Under the pieces are notes generated by a model, which was not told where the DNA came from, did not search any database, and saw only the letters and a program-made list of their open reading frames with translations. Shown here in pieces: positions 33,901 through 44,264 of a stretch of DNA of 44,264 nucleotides (position 1 is its first letter; each line of letters begins with the position of its first letter). The DNA is from Octopus sinensis (lineage: Eukaryota), in NCBI RefSeq assembly GCF_006345805.1, contig NW_021835017.1, positions 1 to 44,264 on the forward strand, read 5' to 3'. The translations under genes were made by a program, and so were the position numbers.

Positions 33901-35847
33901 AACTATGTATGTGTATGTGTGTATGAATGTCTGGGGGGTGCGGTGGCGTATACTTCAAAACCACATGGTTCAACCCCACCACGTGGCACCTTAGGCAAAT
34001 GTCTACTCTAACATAGGCGATGGCATTTCTGTGGTGATAGCAATGCTAACTTCATAATTATATTGCTTCAAGTAAGGCCCCACTGCATGTGGCATATCGA
34101 AGAAGCATATTCCACTATTGCCAGCAAGGCCCACAATTTATTTAAGTATTTTGATTTACTCATTTTATTTTGATGAACAACTCCTTATCATTTGAACTGT
34201 ACGACTCTGTGTATAACTGAACACATGCTACCGAAGGTGCCGTGTAATAACAGTTCCTTCATTTGTGTCAATTTGTATATGAAGATATACACTGGACTTT
34301 CTTTAATACTCGCTTTATATCACCATGCAGTCTGACCCATCTTAAAGTTGATGCTAAGAGTGCTGCAGTCCCAATGCACTGGTGATTCATGGACCCATGA
34401 ATCATTTCAGGTGAGACCAATTTCGTCCTTGTTGGATGGAGGTGGGCCCCATTTCTTCATATGTACTGAAGGATAGTCCACTACGGTACTACGGTGCCCA
34501 CGTATTGTTAGATAGACATGGATGTCGACGGTTAAATGTATTGAATATATACAGTACTCAACACCTATAAGAGTATCAGAAGCTCCTTACTGATATTGTT
34601 AAGAACATATATGTCTTCTAAGCAATGTTAAAAGGGCTCTCTAGCCTGGTTTAACACAACCACGTTGTAGGTGTGTGTGTGTGTGTGTGTGGAGGGCTTT
34701 GGAAATGTCCACTCAGTTGTAATGCCTCAATTTTTATCATTAGCTCGATAACTTCGGCCCTTCTCACTAATATCAGAAACCATAAGAATAAATCATTAGC
34801 ACTGCCCCTCCTCCTCTGACTCAAGGATTTTTAAAAAGTGGAAAAGAAATAAGTTTACTCTTTCAATTGGTCAGTATCAAATGGACGTGTTTATTCGTAT
34901 TTTCTGAGCTTTCTGAATAAAGCGATAATTTAATCAAACATTACGAATGTACGAGTGGCCCCTATGCGGTCGCTCCGTCTTATAGAAACAGGAGCCGAAT
35001 TTCCTGTAACTCACACCTTACAGCGAGGATATACAATTCTGCACGACCAGGAGTAACTAGGGCTGAACATTACTAATTATGAAAACAAAAAACATCACAG
35101 TCGTATACGACCACTGTACTTGAAGCACGGCCACACAACTACTTCAAATTTTCGGCCATCATTTAAATACATGTCTTTAGACAAGTAGCTAAGAGTAAGC
35201 ATCTGGAGGATTCAATGAGCGAGTCTCTTCGTCTGTGGTTCCCAATCTGATGTGTATGGACTCCTGGAGATCCACAAACAAAGGACCGGAAGTCCATGAG
35301 TTGGATTCAAATTTGTTTGAGGAGACTGGACATTTGAAAGTCTGGTGTCTATAGGAGAGTTTATTTCAGTAAACGGAGATTCTCGGTTGTGAAATACTTG
35401 GAGACCGCTACTCGACGTCATCGCTTGTTTTGCAGGAAATATCAGCCTACTGTTTCTAAAATCACAGCCTATGATCCTTAAAACATACACTTTTGATACG
35501 TTTAAAAGAAAATGAATAAAAAGTATGGTTGGAAATACTTTGATTATAGGTCTTCTGAATCACTGCAGACCAACAAGTGCCAAACAACAAGTGTCAAACA
35601 ACAAGTACCACTACCATAAACTACTACCATCGACCTTAATAGGTCGATCGATCTTCTAGGTTAGTGAGCTAAGCTCAGATTTATGTTTGTGATGGAAGTG
35701 AATCCATTAAGTTGACTTAACCCTTAGACATAGTCAATGACGACGAAGTTTTCGAATGTATCCCTTCGAAATAATATATATTGGATTCGTAAAACCTCAA
35801 ATCACACTTACTGTCTGAGAACGGAAATATATATGTAACCTAGGATA

Positions 35848-36044
35848 CGAGGTGTTGGTGAAAAGTTCCTGGCTTTGAGAGTATCGCTAAAGGCCTGTTG
35901 GAAGCCTAACCTTCCGAGTTCTTCTGCAAGAAGAAACAGCAATAGATATGGGAAACTGAGAGAACATATTGTATAAAATCATAATTTACTGACCCTCCTG
36001 TATTTTCTGTTACCCAAAGCCAGGAATTTTTCTTCACTCCCTCG
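35848..36044 (+). mobile_element. Mariner-derived MITE (second copy, TA-flanked)
   Basis: The TIRs are CGAGGTGTTGGTGAAAAGTTCCTGGCTTT and AAAGCCAGGAATTTTTCTTCACTCCCTCG. It is homologous to 27128-27349. Confidence 0.88.
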
Positions 36045-37080
36045 TATAATGTGCCTAGAAAAATGACAGGATGCTCACAGCTTGACAGTATTTGAACGTT
36101 GTTATATATTTCGACGTCAGGGCTTATTTAGAACCAAACAACAAGTATAACTATTTCATATCAGCAACCTGAAGGGTCAACAGTTACATGCCACTATAAC
36201 ACGAGACACCAAACGTACCATGCATGCAGAAGAAAATACAATTCTTATACAATATTCACGACATACGTCGAAAACATAGGAAAGAAGGCAAAATGATGCA
36301 CAAAATTAAAGAGAGAAACAACTGGTACCATATATATTCAAGACCACAGCGACAAATTGGAAGAGTTGTTAGAGCTCTTTGTCTCTACGCTCTGTGTTCA
36401 AATCCAGTTAAAATAAACTTTACCTCTCGTACATCCGGAAATATTAAATAACGAATCGTTCCTGTATCTTCTCTCTCTGTCACATTTTCTTTTTAGCTGT
36501 CTGTCTTTTCCCCTTCTGAAAGAAATCCTAGAGAAGGATGCTCACCCTCCACCAAATCTAAAAAATGCTCAAGACACGACTTATGCAACGTTGGTGCTCT
36601 TTCGATTCCATCGTGCAACTGAGCGTTCAAGACGAAGTAAAGTTATGCACAAACAATACACCCGAACCATTGTTGATGAAGAAAGCCATACCAGCCTCTG
36701 TTATTTCTAATCTTTCTACTATGACCACAAACTACAGAAAACGTAACGAGTTAACATGGGAGCCTCTAAGTAGATGCTTGATTTGCAAAAAATAGTAGCT
36801 AAATCTTTTTTCGTGTCACACACTACTCTCTTACGTTAGATAAAGTGGTTTCGAGGTCCATGCACAGGGAAAAAGATTCGCCAAGCAATTAATAAATCAA
36901 AAAGAGAAAAAAACTTTTTCCAAGGGTTTTCGAACATAAAACCAACAAACAAGGGAAATTAGACCAATATTTATGCATATTTATGAATCATATAGAGCAG
37001 TTGTCACCAACGTTTTGCCCTATTGACTGGTTTCATACATACATTCATATACACACACATATATTACATATATAAAGGTT

Positions 37081-37297
37081 TCTAATTTTGGTACAAGGCC
37101 AGAAATTTCGGGGTGGGAGAGGTAAGTCGACTACATAAATCACAGTGCTCAGCTGATGCTTATTTTTTCAACCCCGAAAGGATGAAGAGTAAGCGCATAG
37201 TCAAACTCGGCGAAATTTGAATTCAGAACGTAAAGACGGGCAAAATGCTGCTAAACCGCTTGTCCGGCGTGCTAACGATTCTACCAGCTTACTGCCT
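37081..37297 (-). mobile_element. Family B SINE
   Basis: Reverse complement of the B head, core and CCTTGTACCAAAATT tail. Confidence 0.82.
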
Positions 37298-38320
37298 TGT
37301 ATATTACTATACATATAATGCAAAAAGCCCCTTGCAGACTGCGATAGCCTATGAAAAAGAAATGAAGTCTTTGTTTTTTAAATTCCTTCTTTCTATGTGG
37401 CCTGGTACTAGTTTGCGGTTCGGTGCTTATGGACCCCTGTTATAGATAATGTATTGATAGATTGGAGTGGATCTGTTATGCAGCCTACTGGTGAAAGCGA
37501 AATCGATGGACATGTTTTACCCCTAAAGACCTCCTCGGCGAATCATATACTACTTCATTACAAGACTGTGATAGATCAATACGTATGGAAATAGAAAGCG
37601 TGCATGTAGAATACTACTAGTAATAAACGGCAATATGAAGAAAAATTACCCGTAAGAAGTGATGCTCAGAGTGAGCGATGGGCGTCCAACTGGCAGGACA
37701 GGATGAGTATAAGAATTAGCGACTAAGTGATTCGTATGTGTGCCTCCGTGTGTGTATGTGTGTGGTGTGTGCTGCGTGTGTGTGTGTGTGTGTGTGTGTG
37801 TGCCTGTGTGTATGTGCGGGTGAATGTGTGTGTGTTTGTATGCGTGTTTGTGGTTGTGTGCGTGTGAGAGAGAGAGAGAGTGTCGAAAACCTGGACAACT
37901 CTGTCTATGTCGATAGCCTTGCAATAACACAAATGAAAAGTCGGACGGTTGCCACTCTGGTCCCTGAGGGCTGCCACTCCGACCAGAGAACCAATCCTTC
38001 GTAAATTTTACCTCAGCTATTGCTACTGTTGCTGTTGCTGTTGGTGGTACTCCTTTTCAGGTGAGAGGATTGGAGCAACTTGAAACAGAAAGCCTTGCTC
38101 AATCTCAAAATACCCGGTGCAATATTTAAAGCTAACGCATGACATTATGATCGTAATATACGATGCTAAAATACAACAATACTTCATAATTTGTTTCTAG
38201 TTTTCGACTCCAGCGAGCTGAAAAAATGTTAGAATCAAAAGAGCTGCTCCCCACATACCAACCAGTTACCAATCACTACTTTTGCGGGCAGCTTTAGATA
38301 AATTTGAGTTTCCTGCCTTG

Positions 38321-38802
38321 TTAACCTTCTGTCTACCACTGGATCCAATGGACCCATTTCAGTTTTTTCATTTGATTTTTCCTACTGTTTATATTATTTT
38401 ATTCTGCTGATTTCCCGTGACTCTTATTTTTTCTTGACTCTCTTTTACTTGCCAAATGGGAAATTTTTCGAATGTTAATAAAAGCTATAAAATTTCACTT
38501 TATACATTAAATACTGTTTGGGTCCACTGGACCCTCGAATTAAATTCAAAAAATATTATAAACTGAATAAAATCAGTATCAAATATTATTTTGCTAGATA
38601 TTTATCAGATATAAAATAGATAAAATTATATTCAATTTATTTGATGAATTTTAGATAAAATAGGAAAAATAATGAAAACATTCCTGCAAATTTGTGTGGT
38701 ATTGCATCACCTTCAATCTTCTAGGTTATCGGGTGGTGCAATATATCATGTGATGACACAATTCTTACAATATATCATCGTATCAGGAGAATATAAATAT
38801 GT

Positions 38803-38834
<32 letters not shown>

Positions 38835-38844
38835 GAGAGAGAGA

Positions 38845-38890
<46 letters not shown>

Positions 38891-39897
38891 AAGAGAGAGC
38901 AATTTCTGCCTTTAATCTGCTATCAAGTTTCATATGGTTCAGTTGCGCTTTCCAATATGCCTAGACGTGAAAACTTGAGTGAAGACCAATTATCGAAAAG
39001 GTTATTGGAATTAGATGAAGAATGGGAAGAATATAGTAGTGATTCCCTCTATTGCTCTGAAGAGGATGATGAAAGCGATTGTGTGCTGGACAGATTAGGT
39101 TCTGTGTCATCAGATGATGAAGATACCCAAAAACAATTACCTGCAAGCCACCCAATTATGAATGAGCAATAAGTTTCTAGAGACAGACAAGAATTTTGGC
39201 ATTCTAATCCTCTTACTTGAGCAACAGTAAGAATTCATCTTGCAATATTGTGCGCTAAGAATGTGGATCATCCCGTTTTACTAAAATGTCTTGTGATAGA
39301 TAGCATTGAAGCATGTTTTACTATTTTTATGCGCCAGAATCTTCTTGAAGTAATTCTTGAAAGTCAGGTTGTTTACAAAGATAACTGGAAGGAAATTGAT
39401 CACTCTGAACTAAAGACTGATTATTCTTATAGGTGTTTATAAATCTAACCATCAAAATGTTACACAGTTATCGAGTAAAGAAGATGGTAGCCCAATATTC
39501 AACAAAATTATGAGCCGGGGAAGATTTCAACAGCTTTTACAAGTATTGCATTTTGATGATGCTAGTGCAAGAAGAAAAATGAGAATTGATGATGAACTGG
39601 AGCACATAAGAGAAGTATTTGAAATGTGGAATCAGAATTTGCAAGATAGATATGTTCCAAGATCATGCATGACAATTGCTGAACAATTAGCTTCCTTTAG
39701 AGGGCACTGCCCATTCCTGGTATATATTCCTTCAAAACCAGGGAAATATGCGACAGTGAAGAATCTTATGGCTGGAAAATGCAAATCTACAATGGAAAAG
39801 TCCCAGTAAAAGGGAAAGAGACGAATCAAGGTTCAAGAGTTGTTGAAGACCTAGTAAAAAAAACTTGAAAATACTGATCGCAATATAACTTGTGATA
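38321..39897 (+). mobile_element. piggyBac transposon, 3'-truncated, with a transposase pseudogene starting at ATG 38957
   Basis: The left end is TTAA-CCTT, with subterminal GGATCCAATGGACCC and GGGTCCACTGGACCC motifs. An acidic N-terminus precedes MSRGRFQQLLQVLHFDD, TIAEQLASFRGHCPFLVYIPSKPGKY and RNITCD. Multiple stops and frameshifts are present. Confidence 0.92.
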
Positions 39898-40625
39898 AGA
39901 AAGAAAGAAAGAAAGAAAGAACATTAGACACCTGTACTTCACAAGAACATTATTTTCGACCGCAATGTTGATCGAAGCACGATTTGAAACTCAGAACACA
40001 AGAGCCGATACTGCAATGTACACCCTACTTCACTATCACGGCTGAAATGTCTTTTGGTTTAATCATAACTTTACTCGATCAGGAATTATGGTAGTCTCTC
40101 GTAGTCCAAGAAAGACGCATCCATAATTTCTTGCTGAGCAATCTGAACAAATGATTTATTTATAGTGATCAAATGTTTGTGTTGTACATTAGTTGCACCC
40201 TCAAATCGACTTTTTTTTAACAGGTGCACGGTGTACCACGCGTCAGTTGTCGAAGTGATCACAGAGCAACGTGAAATGAAGTGTTTTGTTCAAGAATACA
40301 ACGCACCACCCTGTTCATGAACTGAAACCACGATTTCCCGTTTGTGAGAACAGCACACTAACCATTAGGCCATGCGGCATCACATCAGCCATGAATGAGC
40401 TGAAGCTAAACAACGAGAACACACACCGTGTGAATGGAATACGGGATGGCTACAGTTGAAACGCATTTACATTTACTTTTAAATCTACTGAACCAGGATA
40501 ATCTGTGGCTAAACAATCAAGAGGATTAACATGCTGGATAATATATCCAGAGATACACAGTGTAAATGAAATACAGGACGACTATGGTTATGGCTGTGTG
40601 AATTGGCGCAAGTGTGGGTGTATGA

Positions 40626-40855
40626 GGGCGGCGAGCTGGCAGAAACGATAGCACGCCGGCGAAATGCATAGCCGTATTTCGTCTGCCGTTACGTTCTGAG
40701 TTCAAATTCCGCCGAGGTCGACTTTGCCTTTCATCCTCTCGGGGTCGATTAAATAAGTACTAGTTACGCACTGGGGTCGATATAATCGACTTAATCCGTT
40801 TGTCTGTCCTTGTTTGTCCTCTCTGTGTTTAGCCCCTTGTGGGTAGTAAAGAAAT
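40626..40855 (+). mobile_element. Intact family B tRNA-derived SINE (central core resembles the Meta domain)
   Basis: GGCGAGCTGGCAGAAAC...GAGTTCAAATTCC head, then GCCTTTCATCCTCTCGGGGTCGATTAAATAAGTAC core, then a tail ending GTGGGTAGTAAAGAAAT. The Meta resemblance is from memory and has not been aligned. Confidence 0.92.
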
Positions 40856-41226
40856 GGGTGTGGGTGTATGGTAAAACATTTGCTTCCTAACCACATAGTT
40901 TCGGGTTCAGTCCTACAACATGACACCTTGTGCAAGTGTTGCTACTGTACCACTCGGTCGACCAAAGCCTTGTGAGTCGGTGTGGTAAACGGAAAATGAA
41001 AGAAACCCGTCGCCCGCGCGCGTGTGTGTCTGTCTTCAACCACCGCTTGGCAATCGGTGTTGGATAGTTTACGTCCTCGTAACATAGCAGTTCGGCAAAA
41101 AAGACCGATGGGATAAGTATCAGACGTAAGCCAAAAATATTGGGGTCGATTTGTTCCACTAAAACCTTAAAGGCGGTGCCCCAGCGTGGCTGCAGTTCAA
41201 TGACTGAAACATGTAAAATATAAAGA
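40856..41226 (+). mobile_element. Degenerate full-length family A SINE directly after the B tail
   Basis: Head, body and AAAGGCGGTGCCCCAGCGTGGCTGCAG...GACTGAAACA tail are all present. Confidence 0.85.
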
Positions 41227-41557
41227 TGAAACTGGTTGTGCAACAACGGCAAGGAAAACACAAACTCGAAAGTTCTAGATGCACTGTACAGATGAAAAAC
41301 AGGATGACCACGGTTGGAAGGCCTTGTCTAATCATAAGCTGTGGCTATACAAGGAAAAATACTAAATAAAACTAGATACACTACGCAAGCGAAAAATACA
41401 GGCTGGCCACGGTCGGATCGTTTTCTCATGTAACCATAAGTCGATTCGATCAGGAAAATGATGCAGATATATAGAACAATGACAAGGATGAACACACGAG
41501 ATAGTGTAGTCCTAGATACACTATGTAAATAAAAGAAATACAGTAACACTTCACTTT

Positions 41558-41835
41558 GGAGGCGCAATGGTCCAGTGGTTAGGGTAGTGTACTCGCGGTC
41601 GGAAAATCGCGGTTTCGATTCCCAGACCGGGCGTTGTGTGTGTTTATTGAGCGAAAACACCTGAAAGCTCTACGAGGCTCCGGCAGGGGGTGGTGACGAC
41701 CCCTGTTGTACTCTTTCTTCCTCTTTCTTGAGTAACGCTGCGATAGACTGGCGTCCCGTCCAGGTGGGAGGAACACATAATCCACAGGAACCGGGCCCAT
41801 GAGCCTGGCTAGGCTTGAAATGGGCGAAAAAAAAT
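41558..41835 (+). mobile_element. Intact family C tRNA-derived SINE with A-tail and 10-bp target-site duplication
   Basis: The A box is TGGTCCAGTGGTTAGG and the B box GGTTTCGATTCCC. The TSD ACTTCACTTT occurs at 41548-41557 and 41836-41845. Confidence 0.93.
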
Positions 41836-42247
41836 ACTTCACTTTACGGGGACCCGCCTTAGGAGACACCGGGTTTACGTGTTTTATTTTTCAGTTCACG
41901 TTTGTATGGTGAGCTGAGATTTTTCAAGCACAAGATCCAAATTTTGAACGAAGTGCAAAAGTTTCTACTACCATAACAAATGCTTCTGCATGTTACCGAG
42001 AAATTAATTGAGAGCCCCCCCCCAAAAAAAGCTACTGCTAAGCAAACACTTCTAGGCTTGCTTTTTAAAAATAAACCTTTCGTTCTACCCACGAGCGCTT
42101 GTGATGATGTCTACAAGTGATGGTGTGTGTGAGTCTAGTGCGAATGAAAGTGATTCAGAAAACGATAATAATAATAATAAAAAATAGAAATATTAAATTT
42201 CTAAATATCTCAGAGAGATATAAGCAGTGGTGGAACGATAGAGCAGT

Positions 42248-42420
42248 TGGCCCAGTGGTTAGGGTAGTGTACTCGCGGTCGGAAAATCGCGGTTTCGATT
42301 CCCAGACCGGGCGTTGTGTGTGTTTATTGAGCGAAAATACCTGAAAGCTCCACGAGGCACCCGCAGGGGGTGGTGACGACCCCTGTTGTACTCTTTCTTC
42401 CTCTTTCTTGAGTAACGCTG
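42248..42420 (+). mobile_element. Family C SINE partial copy, 97% identical to 41568-41740
   Basis: 173 nt with 5 mismatches, counted by eye. Confidence 0.93.
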
Positions 42421-43174
42421 ACAGTCCCATAAAGGGAAACACACCACCGCTATTTAGCCTTAGGAAGCATCAACGCTTCCTGTCGGCCTTGACACATTTC
42501 AGGGTCCTTATGTTTAAATAATCTTGACATTCTTTTTGCTTTACATGAAATGTTCTTTACATTCTACCGTTGTTTTATTGCCATTTACTTACGACAATTA
42601 TAAATATTATAGGTAAAATATTATTCTGGGAACGAATTACGATTTATAACAATTGCTACTATGGGAACTTATTCCTCTGCTTCCCGAGTTTTCGCTTTAC
42701 GAGCGATCTCCGGGAACATATCAACTCGTAGATCGAGGCCATTACACGATAGTAACGGCTGAAAGGCTGTTAAACGTTCATACCTCTTTAGTCGATCAGG
42801 GTCGTTATGGAGTTAATTGCAACTATAGAACAAACTAGAATTTTCTATAGTTCAAGCAAAGGGAAAGTCGTTCAACATTTCACATGACTCACTGACTGCT
42901 TGCCTGACTGTCTGACAACGAACTGACTGACTCAGGGATTCACTTCCGGTATGCCTAAATGTATGTCAATGTGTCAGTGTGTCAGTAGAAGAAGGCTTTC
43001 TAGGCTGCCACGTGTAACGCCAACCCCCCCCCCATCTCTCTTTCTCTTTTTCTCATTCTCTCATACTTTCTGATTCCCTCTTTCTCTCTTCCCCTGTGAT
43101 GTTCTATCCTTCATAAACATTCCATCACACACATTCTCATTTTCGCTCATTCTTTCACTCATTCACTACATTCC

Positions 43175-43840
<666 letters not shown>

Positions 43841-44022
43841 ACATATACGTATATATGCCGCATATGGTACAGGACGTCACCAACAGTAACAACATGAAAT
43901 GCGAAAATAAATGAGCTCAATACGCAAACAACGAGAGAAACAAATTAAAAACAGGAAAAGTGATATAATAATGACTGTTCATCAGTTTTCGGATACCTAT
44001 CTACTCATTATTTCGGGCATTG

Positions 44023-44053
<31 letters not shown>

Positions 44054-44108
44054 AACAGTCAATTGCGATAAAATAAAATTAATTATTATCGCTGGTGAAT
44101 ATATACAC

Positions 44109-44149
<41 letters not shown>

Positions 44150-44157
44150 TTATATAT

Positions 44158-44203
<46 letters not shown>

Positions 44204-44221
44204 TATATATAATAAATATAT

Positions 44222-44256
<35 letters not shown>

Positions 44257-44264
44257 TTATTATC

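Noticed and set aside
34060-34150. Possible third CR1-type tail (GGCCCACAATTTATTTAAG)
   Set aside because: Only about 19 nt resemble the GPQLFN segment, which is too little to call.
34383-34404. Perfect 10-bp inverted repeat TGATTCATGG-AC-CCATGAATCA
   Set aside because: It is isolated and short, with no second copy or context, and is plausible by chance in 44 kb.
35560-35620. Short direct repeats CAAACAACAAGT, superficially CRISPR-like
   Set aside because: It is a 14-bp tandem unit with no spacers in eukaryotic DNA, with no cas genes.
38017-38060. Apparent 44-nt exon with a CAG|gtgaga donor
   Set aside because: It is a (GTTGCT)n low-complexity run leading into a degenerate reverse SINE fragment.

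Overview
This is AT-rich animal DNA, almost certainly an octopus (cephalopod). The call rests on several families of tRNA-derived SINEs that match my memory of octopus repeats, set in very dense (TA)n, (CA)n, (TATC)n, (TATG)n, (GA)n and (ATT)n microsatellites. It reads as intronic or intergenic sequence, and I can identify no host gene with confidence. Nearly all ORFs in the supplied track are translations of microsatellites or SINEs. The recognisable coding relics are all transposon-derived: a 5'-truncated, frameshifted L1/Tx1-clade LINE (3976-7146, +), two CR1/L2-type LINE 3' ends, an internally deleted mariner (-), a Tc1/mariner element with a WPPRSPDL-type motif (+), two mariner MITEs and a truncated piggyBac transposase (+). 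About 30 SINE copies or fragments fall into four families, labelled A-D here. The most notable observations are four. (1) Seven CGTCTG (Smad-box-like) motifs sit within about 730 bp of a SINE-free, purine-skewed domain of about 3.5 kb. (2) All three 3' ends of the Tx1-type LINE abut (TATC)n, which suggests targeting of GATA microsatellites. (3) Two SINE families appear to share 3' tails with LINEs in this window (B with Tx1, A with CR1). (4) A few short + strand exon candidates (530-685, 8154-8218, 8828-8875) could belong to an unidentified gene. SINE coordinates are approximate and were read by eye.
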